Positions 21,175 through 29,709 of a DNA stretch of 64,000 bases are shown here, piece after piece. The DNA lies in the NCBI GenBank assembly GCA_036676985.1, contig JAKFBU010000056.1, positions 64,001-128,000 on the forward strand. The letters are read 5' to 3'. How positions within the stretch are numbered: the first letter of the stretch is position 1; the number at the start of each line of letters is the position of its first letter. Below the pieces are notes generated by a model that was not told the DNA's origin, made no database searches, and saw only the letters and a program-made list of their open reading frames with translations. The stretch is from Candidatus Sericytochromatia bacterium. GTDB lineage: Bacteria; Cyanobacteriota; Sericytochromatia; S15B-MN24; UBA4093. A program made the position numbers and the translations under genes.

Positions 21175-22107
21175 TTACGGGTCCGGTCGCGCGGAGGGCT
21201 CGGTCTCGCCCGCCTCGGCGAGCTGGGCGAGCTTGCGCAGCCGATGGTTCACGGCGCTCTTGGAGATGGGCTCGCTGTGATACTCGGCCAGCTGCGCCAG
21301 GCTCGCGAACGGATGCTCCAGGCGCAGGACGGCCGTCTCTCGGAGCTCGTCGCTGAGGGTCCTCAGCACGCCGCGGGCCTGCAGGGACTCGATCTGGGCG
21401 ATCTGGGACTGGGCCGTCGACACCGTGCGATCGAGGTTCGCCGTCTCGCAGTTGACGGCGCGCTGAACGTTATTCTTGAGGTCGCGGCTGATGAGCAGCT
21501 CCTCGAGGGCCAAGAGGGCGGGTACGGCGCCCACCAGCGTGAGGAAGGTGGCGATGTCCTCGCTCTTCTTGACGTAGGCCGTCCAGTGCTGATGGCCCTG
21601 CCGCTGGTAGTGGCCCGCGCGGATGCCCTCGGCCTGCAAGAGGGAGACGATCCACGAGCTCACCTCGCCGGGGGCCGTAAACTCCATGTGGTAGGCGCGC
21701 TCGGGGTCCACCAGCGACCCGCAGCCGAGGAACGCCCCGCGCAGGAAGGCCCGCCTGCAGCAGGAGCGCTTCTGGATGGAGCGGTGGAGCTCCGAAAGGC
21801 TCATGGCACCGTCCAGCCCCTCCTCGGGCAGGGGCACCACCAGCCGAAAGTGGTTGAGCCGTCCGGTGCCGGCGCCGTTCTGGAGCTGGGGCGTAACGCC
21901 GAAGAGCTCCTTGACCAGCTTGAAGAGCAGGCGCGCCACGGCATAGTTTTCAACGGTCAGGACCAGGTCACGCTCGTCAGGGCGCTGCGTGACGGCCGCG
22001 CACACCGAGAGGAGGGCCAAGAGGAGGGCCTTTTGGCAGCAGGGCTTCCCGTGCTCCAGGTGCGCGAGCTGGGTCCGGACGTCCTGGGAGAAGGTCGGCG
22101 CGGTCAC
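21175..22107 (-). CDS. whiA: DNA-binding protein WhiA
   Basis: AFLRGAFLGCGSLVDPERAYHMEF, RAVNCETANLDRT, ISKSAVNHRLRKL; GTG start overlaps the yvcK stop. Confidence 0.93.
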   Translation of the reverse strand: MTAPTFSQDVRTQLAHLEHGKPCCQKALLLALLSVCAAVTQRPDERDLVLTVENYAVARLLFKLVKELFGVTPQLQNGAGTGRLNHFRLVVPLPEEGLDGAMSLSELHRSIQKRSCCRRAFLRGAFLGCGSLVDPERAYHMEFTAPGEVSSWIVSLLQAEGIRAGHYQRQGHQHWTAYVKKSEDIATFLTLVGAVPALLALEELLISRDLKNNVQRAVNCETANLDRTVSTAQSQIAQIESLQARGVLRTLSDELRETAVLRLEHPFASLAQLAEYHSEPISKSAVNHRLRKLAQLAEAGETEPSARPDP

Positions 22108-23420
22108 AGCCACCCCTTGGTCTTGGCCGAGAGCTCCGCCTCGACCGGAAACGGCAGGATCTTCGCCCCCGACTCCCGGCGCACGCGCAGGAGCCAGTCG
22201 ACGATGGCCCGAGAGAGCGCCTCGGGGTCGTGCCGGACCATGTCGCCCTCGTCCAGGAGCGGCGCCATCAGGACCTTGACGCCCAGCCCCACGCAAGTCT
22301 CGGGGTCGTAATCCACCGGATACTGACCCTTGACCTCGTACTTCTCGAGGAGGCGCTGGGGCAGGTCCTCGTTGACCAGGACGAACTGGACGATGTCCGG
22401 GCCCGCGAGCTGCTGCAGCGCCTTGACGTGATCCGAGACCTTGAAGTCGTCCGTCTCGCCCGGCTGGGTCATGACGTTGCAGATGTAGAGACGGGGCGCG
22501 CGGCTGGACAACAGGGCGTCCGTCAGCTCGGGGATGAGCAAGTTGGGCGCAATCGAGGTGTAGAGGCTGCCCGGGCCGATGATGATGGCGTCCGCCTCCT
22601 GAATGGCGCGGACGGCCTCGGGCAGGGCGGCCGGTTCCTCGGGCTCGCAGCGCACGGCCGCGATCCGGCCCTTGCTCTCGGTGATCTGGGACTCGCCGCG
22701 CACGATGGTGCCGTCCTCGAGCAGGGCCACGAGCTCCAGGGGCACGAGGGTCGCCGGCAGGACCTGGCCGCGAACCGCCAGAACGCGGCTCGAGGCGCGG
22801 ATCGCCTGCTCGAGATCGCCCGTGATGTCGGCCATGGCCGTCAAGAAGAGGTTGCCGAAGGAGTGACCGAGCAAGGTCGTGCCCGCCTTGAAGCGGTAGT
22901 CGAAGAGCTTGGTCATGAGCTCTTCTTCGCCGGACAGGGCCGTCAGGCAGTGGCGGATGTCGCCCGGGGGCAGCACGCCCAGCTCCTCGCGAAGGCGTCC
23001 GCTGGAGCCGCCGTTGTCCGCCATGGCGACGATGGCCGTGATGTTGTCCGAGTACTCCTTGAGGCCGCGCAGGAGCGTCGCGAGGCCGGTGCCCCCGCCG
23101 ATGGCCACGAGCTTGGGGCCGCGCTTGCTACGCTGGCGGTAAAAGGCATCCAGCAGGCGGGGCGGGGCGGGGTGCAGGACGCGCACCACCTCGCGCAGCA
23201 GGCGCCGGGCGCCGAGGGCCGTGAGGACCATGCCCATCAGGACGCAAAAGATGCCGATGGTGGGCAGCTCCCAGGTCGTCGAGCGGCCGCGGATCTCGCG
23301 CACGAAGTAGTAGGTGAGCGCGATGACCCCGCCGTTGACGGTGAGCAGGCCCATGACCGACAGGAAGAGCCAGCGCTTGATCCCCATTCCCGGTGTCAGC
23401 CACCGGAAGAGCGTATGCAT
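22104..23420 (-). CDS. yvcK: Gluconeogenesis factor YvcK / UDP-GlcNAc-binding protein with two N-terminal TM helices
   Basis: WLTPGMGIKRW N-terminus; AIGGGTGL, DNGGSSGRLR, PPGDIR, GHSFGNL, GPGSLYTS, CNVMTQPGET. Confidence 0.93.
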   Translation of the reverse strand: MHTLFRWLTPGMGIKRWLFLSVMGLLTVNGGVIALTYYFVREIRGRSTTWELPTIGIFCVLMGMVLTALGARRLLREVVRVLHPAPPRLLDAFYRQRSKRGPKLVAIGGGTGLATLLRGLKEYSDNITAIVAMADNGGSSGRLREELGVLPPGDIRHCLTALSGEEELMTKLFDYRFKAGTTLLGHSFGNLFLTAMADITGDLEQAIRASSRVLAVRGQVLPATLVPLELVALLEDGTIVRGESQITESKGRIAAVRCEPEEPAALPEAVRAIQEADAIIIGPGSLYTSIAPNLLIPELTDALLSSRAPRLYICNVMTQPGETDDFKVSDHVKALQQLAGPDIVQFVLVNEDLPQRLLEKYEVKGQYPVDYDPETCVGLGVKVLMAPLLDEGDMVRHDPEALSRAIVDWLLRVRRESGAKILPFPVEAELSAKTKGWL

Positions 23421-23427
23421 CCTCACG

Positions 23428-24327
23428 CTAGACCCGGCTCGGCTCCGCACCGTAGTACTCGGCCTGGCGGTCGATGTCGCGGTGCTCCTCGAGCACCGAG
23501 TACCCGTGGTTCTTGAGGTAGCCCGCCAGGTAGCGCGTGATGGCCACCGAGCGGTGGCGGCCGCCGGTGCAGCCGATGCCGATCGCCAGATGCGTCTTGC
23601 CCTCCTTGCGGTAGTGGGGCAAGAGGAACGACGCCAGGTCCAAGAACCGCTCCAGGAACTCGAGGGTGACGGGGTGGGTCAAGACGAAGTCCTGGACCTG
23701 CTCGTGGAGGCCCGTGAAGGGGCGCAGCTCGGGGTCGTAGTGGGGGTTGGGCAGGAAGCGCACGTCGAAGACGAGGTCCGCATCCATGGGCGGGCCGAAC
23801 TTGAAGCCGAAGCTCTTGACGGTGATCTGCATGGAGGCTTCGACCTGGTCGGTCTGGATGAAGCTCGCGATGAGCTTCTCCTTGAGCTGCTTGGAGGTGA
23901 GGTCGGAGGTGTCGATGATGACGTCGGCGGCCGCCCGGATCTCGGCGAGCCGCTCGCGCTCCTGCTTGATCGACTCCATCAGGGTGGACTCGCCCCACAG
24001 CGGGTGGCGCCGGCGCGTCTCGCTGAAGCGCGTGAGCAGCACGTTGTCGGAGGCCTCGAGGAAGACGACCTTGGTGGGGTAGCCCATGGGCTTGAGCTGC
24101 TCCATGACGCCCGTGAGGTCATCCAGGAAGCTGCCGCCGCGAGAGTCCATGACCACCGCGATCTGGCGCATGCGCGGGTAGGTCAGCTCGATGAACTGCG
24201 GCAACAGGGGCGGGATCAGGTTGTCGACGCACAGGAAGCCCATGTCCTCGAAGCAGCGGATCGCGAGGCTCTTGCCGGCGCCGGAGAGCCCGGTGATGAC
24301 GAAGATGGCGTTTTGTCGGGCGCTCAA
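23428..24327 (-). CDS. rapZ: RNase adapter / P-loop nucleotide-binding protein RapZ (YvcJ)
   Basis: ITGLSGAGKS, ETRRRHPL, SFGFKFG, DVRFLPNPHY, IGCTGGRHRSV; TTG start after GGGAGG. Confidence 0.95.
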   Translation of the reverse strand: MSARQNAIFVITGLSGAGKSLAIRCFEDMGFLCVDNLIPPLLPQFIELTYPRMRQIAVVMDSRGGSFLDDLTGVMEQLKPMGYPTKVVFLEASDNVLLTRFSETRRRHPLWGESTLMESIKQERERLAEIRAAADVIIDTSDLTSKQLKEKLIASFIQTDQVEASMQITVKSFGFKFGPPMDADLVFDVRFLPNPHYDPELRPFTGLHEQVQDFVLTHPVTLEFLERFLDLASFLLPHYRKEGKTHLAIGIGCTGGRHRSVAITRYLAGYLKNHGYSVLEEHRDIDRQAEYYGAEPSRV

Positions 24328-24377
24328 GGGCGACCTCCCTGTAGTCGGGCAATGCTGCCATGGGGACGAAGCGGCTC

Positions 24378-24386
24378 ATTATACCA
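24378..24386 (-). promoter_or_regulatory. Extended -10 promoter candidate for rapZ-yvcK-whiA
   Basis: Minus strand TGGTATAAT. Confidence 0.6.
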
Positions 24387-24485
24387 TACCCCGTTCCGCG
24401 CCGGAGGCCGCGTTGGGCCTGCCTGGAGGACCGCCGGAGGGGCTGAATTTTTGTTAGACTGAGGGGTCCCCTTTTGGAGGAAGCC

Positions 24486-25280
24486 ATGCGGCCCAAGCTC
24501 ATCGCCACCGATCTCGACGGAACCCTGTTCGGACGCGACCTGACGGTCTCCGAGCGCAACAAGCGCGCCGTGCGGCTCGCCCATGACGCCGGCATCCCCG
24601 TGGTCATGGCCACGGGCCGCATGTTCAAGGCGACCGTGCCCTATGCCCGGGAGTGCGGCATCACCACGCCGCTCATCAACTACCAGGGCGCCCTCATCCG
24701 GGACCATCAGACCCAGGAGGACCTCTGGCACCGCACCATCCCGCTCGATCTCGCCCATGAGGCGCTCGAGGCGCTGTTCGAGACGGGGCTGCACGTGAAC
24801 CTCTACGTGAACGACGAGCTGCTCATCGACCGGCACACGCCCGAGGCGGAGCTGTACTGCAGCGTCGCGCGCGTCGAGCCGCGGCTCATCCCGTCCCTGG
24901 CCGAGGGGCTCACCATGGAGCCCACCAAGATCGTGGCCATCGGCACCGTCGAGCAGGTGCGGCACTGGGTGCCCGCGCTGCAGGAGCGCTTCGACACCCG
25001 GCTCTACGTGACGGAGTCCATCCCCATCTTCCTCGAGATCGCCAACCCGACCATCCGCAAGAGCGTGGCCCTGGCGCACGTGGCAGAACGCCTGGGCGTG
25101 CGGCCGGAGGAGATCGTGGCCATCGGCGACGGCATGAACGACCTGGACATGCTGCAGTTCGCGGGGCTGGGCGTGGCCATGGGCAACGCGCCGGCTCCGG
25201 TCAAGGAGGCGGCCGATCGCGTGACCAAGCCCGTCACCGAGGACGGGTTCGCGGCGGTGCTCGAAGAGCTGCTCAACTAG
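24486..25280 (+). CDS. Cof-type HAD-IIB family hydrolase
   Basis: DLDGTL, ATGR, GDGMNDLDML, GVAMGNA; GGAGG RBS. Confidence 0.93.
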   Translation: MRPKLIATDLDGTLFGRDLTVSERNKRAVRLAHDAGIPVVMATGRMFKATVPYARECGITTPLINYQGALIRDHQTQEDLWHRTIPLDLAHEALEALFETGLHVNLYVNDELLIDRHTPEAELYCSVARVEPRLIPSLAEGLTMEPTKIVAIGTVEQVRHWVPALQERFDTRLYVTESIPIFLEIANPTIRKSVALAHVAERLGVRPEEIVAIGDGMNDLDMLQFAGLGVAMGNAPAPVKEAADRVTKPVTEDGFAAVLEELLN

Positions 25281-25373
25281 GCGCAAATGGCGCTTGGCGG
25301 GCCGACGCGCTCCGGAATCCGGACGTCAGCCCGCCAATGGCGAGGGCGATGGGCCCGCTAGGGGCCGATCCGC

Positions 25374-25727
25374 CTAGTACCGCTTCGACTTCCGCTGCTG
25401 CGTGATGCGGACGTCGACGGTCTGCTGCTCTTGGTTGCTGTCGATGTTGATGCCGTTCTGCTGGTTCAAGCTGAAGATGGTGGTGGCGCTGTTGGACTGG
25501 GAGATCGCGCTGTTGGCGTTCCCGGAATTGTTCTGCGTGGCCGCATTGCTCTGCGTGGTCGTGGTGGTCACGGTGACGTTGCCAACCGCGTTGGTCTGCG
25601 CGGCGTTGACGTTGGTCCGGCTGCCGCCCGACCGTCCCTGGATGTCCGCCTGCTGCGTGGGCAGCGACGCGCAACCCGTCATAAAGGACGCGATCGCAAG
25701 CGCACTCAGAAGCTTCGTGGAAATCAT
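25374..25727 (-). CDS. Small Gln/Asn/Ser/Thr-rich lipoprotein with Q-x-N repeats (amyloid-like candidate)
   Basis: Lipobox MTGC; GAGGAAGG RBS; five QxN motifs (QTN, QSN, QNN, QSN, QQN). Confidence 0.8.
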   Translation of the reverse strand: MISTKLLSALAIASFMTGCASLPTQQADIQGRSGGSRTNVNAAQTNAVGNVTVTTTTTQSNAATQNNSGNANSAISQSNSATTIFSLNQQNGINIDSNQEQQTVDVRITQQRKSKRY

Positions 25728-26103
25728 GGCACCTTCCTCTTTCTCTCTCTCTGGTTCCGGCAGCCAACGACTGGCCGCTCAAGAATGGGTTAACCATAGG
25801 CGATCACCCCCGGACGATCGAACATCCAAACATCAAAACACGCTTGGTCGGTTGAGACGGCTGCGCCCAGCCCCCCGGCAACAACGGGTTCAAACGGCCT
25901 AGCTGCACGGGGGGAGGCCGGACCGTGCCCGGTCCGACCGTGCAAGCAAGCAAGCTGGGGGGGCCTCCTTCCGGAAGCCCGATCAAAATCTTGGTCCGTT
26001 CGATCATTCCGACATCATCGAGCGCCTCCTATCCTTGAAGCACGGTTGGGCGGTTGAGCATGAGGCCAACCCTCAATCTTCAGAGAGGGAGGACCAACAA
26101 ACC

Positions 26104-26868
26104 ATGAATCGCGCGATACTCTGGAGCACCCTGGCGCTGTCGGTGGCGACCGGCAGCGGCTGCGGCGCCGCCCCACCTTCGGTCACCACCGGCAGCCAGG
26201 CCGCCTTCATGTCCGGCGGCAGATCGGCCCCCAAGGCTGAAGTCCGACCTGCGGCCCTGGCCCCGGCCCCCAGCAACCGGGGCCTGAACTTCATCCAGGA
26301 CAACTACCTGGGGGACACGCAGGCCTTTACCGGCTCGAGCGTCTCGGTCCAGCAGACCAACCAGGTCACCACCCTGCTGCTCGACGACCCCAAGGACATC
26401 CTCAAGTACTACGCAGAGCTCCCGGTCCAGGTGCTATGGGACATCACCACCCGCGACTTCTACGTGACCCAGGCGAACCTGGTGGACGGCGTCGTGAGCT
26501 ACTCCGAAGCGGGGCTGGTCCAGCTCAACAAGGTGCTCATCATCGTCGACCCCAACGCCACTTACTACAACGGCACGATCGTGCAGCTGAACGCCGCCGA
26601 CTCGGCCACCGCCCATGAGGGCAGCCAGCTGGCGATCGATCAGCTCAACGACATCACCGTCATCCAGCGGGACGAGGACGCCCCGGACTCCGACGACTTC
26701 GTCGCCGCCCTGCGCGGCTCCGAGAACGTCCCCTTGTCGAGCGCCGCCGTGCTGGCGCAGAAGAACCACCTGCTCATCTACATCGACGTCGCGGGCCGCC
26801 CGCACTTCTACCAGTGGAAGCCCCCCACCGGAAAGAACGGCCTCTCCGGCTATCGCCGCAGGGGGTGA
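26104..26868 (+). CDS. Lipoprotein with seven Q-x-N repeats (beta-solenoid or amyloid partner candidate)
   Basis: GGGAGGA RBS before ATG 26104; signal peptide ending GSGC; QDN, QTN, QAN, QLN x3, QKN each flanked by alternating hydrophobic residues. Confidence 0.8.
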   Translation: MNRAILWSTLALSVATGSGCGAAPPSVTTGSQAAFMSGGRSAPKAEVRPAALAPAPSNRGLNFIQDNYLGDTQAFTGSSVSVQQTNQVTTLLLDDPKDILKYYAELPVQVLWDITTRDFYVTQANLVDGVVSYSEAGLVQLNKVLIIVDPNATYYNGTIVQLNAADSATAHEGSQLAIDQLNDITVIQRDEDAPDSDDFVAALRGSENVPLSSAAVLAQKNHLLIYIDVAGRPHFYQWKPPTGKNGLSGYRRRG

Positions 26869-26921
26869 TCAACAAGCGCCCGGGGCCGATGGCCACCGGG
26901 CGCTTCACGTTTGAAGGCGAG

Positions 26922-28178
26922 CTAGCGGGTGCTCATCTGGACCGCGGCAAGCGCATCCACCACCCCGGCGCCGTACTGGGGATCCCTGCCCGTGGGGCCC
27001 GCATCCCGGGCGCTGCGAACGATCCAGTCCCGGAGCGTCTTGAGGGACGGCGGGCGGCTCGGCGTGATGAGCAATGCCGCAAGCCCGCTCACGTGCGGGG
27101 CGGCGGCGGAGGTACCTCCGAAGCGCCCGTAGCCTCCGACCGAGAGGGCCGGCACGTCGTCCGCGGGGGCCACCACCGTGAGCCAGGGGCCGTAGTTGGA
27201 ATAGGCGGCACGGCGATCGCCGCGATCCGTCGTGCCCACCGCCAGGAGCCCCTCGAAGCCGGTTTCGGCCGCCCATGCGGCCGGATAGTTCGCCACGGGG
27301 CGCCCGGAGATGTTGCCCGCCGCGCAGACGACCATGACGCCCTTCTCGAGGGCATAGGAGACGGCGCGCTGGAGGGTCTTGAGGCCGCCGGGCGTCAGGC
27401 CGTCCTCGCCCTCGGTGAAGCCGAGGCTCATGTTGATGACGTTGGCCTCGTGGTCGACCGCCCAGACGATGCCCGCGGCCGCGTCGGAGGCCCGCACGTG
27501 CCCCGAGTTCGGGACGTTGACCTTGACGGGCATCAGGCCCGCAAACGGGGCCACGCCGATGAGGCCCTCGCCGTTGTCGGCGACCGCCCCCACGATGCCC
27601 GCCGTGGCCGTCCCGTGGCCCATGTCGTCCATGGGCGGCTCGCCGGGCGACAGGATGTCCACGCCCCCCACGAGCTTGGGCGCGAGGTCCGGGTGCCCCA
27701 GATCCACGCCCGTGTCCAGGATGGCGACGACGGTCGAGCTCGCCCCGTCCCGCACGTCCCAGGCCTCGACCGTCCGCATGCGCGCCATGTCCCACTGCTC
27801 GGCGAGCATGGGGTCGGACGGAGCCTCGGTGATCGAGCGCGCGGTGTCGTGGATGGAGCCTGCCACGTCTCGCTCGACGTACTTGACGGCCGGATCCTTG
27901 GAAAGTCGGTGGAGATCCTGGGCCGAGGCGCCCGCGATCGCAAAGACGCCGCACCCGAGCCGCTCCATGGGCGTGACGAGGCGCAGACCATAGCGCTTGC
28001 CCATGGCCTGCAAGTCAGAGGCCGTCAGGCCGGGGGCCGAGACGATGACGCGCGGCGCTCCCGCCCTGGAGGCCGCTAGGAGCGAGCTCGTGGACCCGGC
28101 GGCCGTGAGCGGCACCGGGGCGCTGCAGCCGACCAGGCTCGAGGAGAGGAGGGCGAGGACGACAAGGCGGTTCTTCAT
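26922..28178 (-). CDS. S8 (subtilisin-like) serine peptidase, lipoprotein
   Basis: Lipobox LVGC; catalytic motifs AILDTG, GHGT, GGTSAAAPHVSG; VINMSLG; CAAGN. Confidence 0.93.
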   Translation of the reverse strand: MKNRLVVLALLSSSLVGCSAPVPLTAAGSTSSLLAASRAGAPRVIVSAPGLTASDLQAMGKRYGLRLVTPMERLGCGVFAIAGASAQDLHRLSKDPAVKYVERDVAGSIHDTARSITEAPSDPMLAEQWDMARMRTVEAWDVRDGASSTVVAILDTGVDLGHPDLAPKLVGGVDILSPGEPPMDDMGHGTATAGIVGAVADNGEGLIGVAPFAGLMPVKVNVPNSGHVRASDAAAGIVWAVDHEANVINMSLGFTEGEDGLTPGGLKTLQRAVSYALEKGVMVVCAAGNISGRPVANYPAAWAAETGFEGLLAVGTTDRGDRRAAYSNYGPWLTVVAPADDVPALSVGGYGRFGGTSAAAPHVSGLAALLITPSRPPSLKTLRDWIVRSARDAGPTGRDPQYGAGVVDALAAVQMSTR

Positions 28179-28224
28179 ACCGTCCTTATCGGCGATCGTC
28201 CCCCGCGAGTTTCTGTAGGGCTTC

Positions 28225-29544
28225 TTAACGGGACGGCTTGCGCGGGCGAGGCTTGCGCTCCGGCGCCGGTCCGCGTCCCTCTCGTCCGCGCGGCTGCTCC
28301 GCTTCCGGCCGATCCTCGAACCAGCCCAGGTGGCGTCCGATCTTCGGCGGACGCTTGGCGCGGGCTGCCTGGACGTGCACCGGCTCCTCCTCGACGGGCG
28401 GGCGCCAGGGCTGGACGGGGGTCTTGGAGGGCTTCGGCACGACCTTGAGGACGTCCATGGACACGGACTGGCGCAAGCGCTTGAGGTCGTCCGACTCCTC
28501 TCGATAGGAGAGGGTCACGACCCGGCCCAGTCGGCCAGCCCGGCCCGTGCGGCCGGCTCGGTGGATGTACTGGTCGGCACTCGGGGGGACCGAGTAGTTC
28601 ACGACCAATCCCACCTCCGGGATGTCGAGGCCCCGCGAGGCCACGTCGGTCGCGACGAGCACCCGGTACACTCCCTTGCGGAAGCGCTCCATGGTCTCCT
28701 TGCGATTCTCCTGGGGCAGCTCTCCGCTCAGGTAGGCGGCCTCGATTCCGGCGTCCCTCAAGCGCATAGCGAGGCGGCGGGTCTCCTCGATCTTGTGCAC
28801 GAAGACGATGGCCTGCTCGGGATGCTCCTTGAGGAGTTGCTCGACGATGGGACCCTTGCCCGATCGAGGTGCCATGACGAGGCGATGCTCCAGGGTTCCC
28901 GCGGCCTTCGCCTCGGCCATTCCCACCTCTTGCGGCTCGCGCAGGGTCTTGGCGGCGTAGGAGCGCACCTCGGGGCCGACGGTGGCCGAGACCAGGAGCG
29001 TCTGGCGCTCTTCGGGCAGGTGGCCGAGGATGGCGTCGAGATCCGGCTTGAAGCCCCTGAGGAGCATCTCGTCGGCCTCGTCGAGCACCACGGCGTGCAC
29101 GTACTTGAGGACCAGGGCCTTGCGACGCATGAGGTCGAGCACGCGGCCCGGGGTGCCGACGAGAACGGCCACGCCCTTGTCCACGAGCTTGAGCTGGGGC
29201 TCGAGGGGCTCGCCGCCGACGACCGCATGGATGGGCGGGCGCCACTTGCGGGCCGCCGTGCGCAGGACGTCTCGCACCTGCAGCGCCAGCTCGCGGGTGG
29301 GCACCAGGACGAGCACCCGGGGGCGCAGGGGCGTGCCCGCGATGCCCTGCAGGAGGGGCAGCCCGTAAGCGAGCGTCTTGCCGGTCCCGGTCTCCGCCTG
29401 GATGATGACGTCCTTGCCGCCGAGGACGGCCGGAATGGCCGCCTGCTGGACGGGGGTCGGCTCCGCGAAGCCCAGGTGATCGAGTCCTGCGAGCAGCTCC
29501 GGGCGCAGGCCAAGGGCCTCGAATCCGACGGGTGTTGGCGGCAT
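28225..29544 (-). CDS. DEAD-box RNA helicase
   Basis: PTPVQ, AETGTGKT, PTRELA, TPGR, LDEADEM, SAT, HRAGRTGR. Confidence 0.95.
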   Translation of the reverse strand: MPPTPVGFEALGLRPELLAGLDHLGFAEPTPVQQAAIPAVLGGKDVIIQAETGTGKTLAYGLPLLQGIAGTPLRPRVLVLVPTRELALQVRDVLRTAARKWRPPIHAVVGGEPLEPQLKLVDKGVAVLVGTPGRVLDLMRRKALVLKYVHAVVLDEADEMLLRGFKPDLDAILGHLPEERQTLLVSATVGPEVRSYAAKTLREPQEVGMAEAKAAGTLEHRLVMAPRSGKGPIVEQLLKEHPEQAIVFVHKIEETRRLAMRLRDAGIEAAYLSGELPQENRKETMERFRKGVYRVLVATDVASRGLDIPEVGLVVNYSVPPSADQYIHRAGRTGRAGRLGRVVTLSYREESDDLKRLRQSVSMDVLKVVPKPSKTPVQPWRPPVEEEPVHVQAARAKRPPKIGRHLGWFEDRPEAEQPRGREGRGPAPERKPRPRKPSR

Positions 29545-29577
29545 GGGTCGTTCCTTCCTCGAAATTGAATCGCTACC

Positions 29578-29586
29578 ATCATACCA
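29578..29586 (-). promoter_or_regulatory. Extended -10 promoter candidate for the helicase
   Basis: Minus strand TGGTATGAT. Confidence 0.5.
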
Positions 29587-29654
29587 AGGAATTTAAAATC
29601 GCTTAATGTTGTAGCGGCGCGCTTTCGGGTATAGGGGATCCGTCGGTTCCCTGA

Positions 29655-29682
29655 TTGACATGTCAGGGGCGAATCGTAATCT
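29655..29682 (+). promoter_or_regulatory. Sigma70-type promoter candidate for motAB
   Basis: TTGACA-N16-TAATCT. Confidence 0.45.
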
Positions 29683-29709
29683 GGCAGCATCCCTCGAAGA
29701 GGTACTGGT

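Noticed and set aside
28186-28193. Perfect sigma28 -10 box GCCGATAA (minus strand) before the S8 protease
   Set aside because: It overlaps the AAGGA RBS 7 nt from the ATG and has no convincing TAAA -35 at the right spacing; may be chance.
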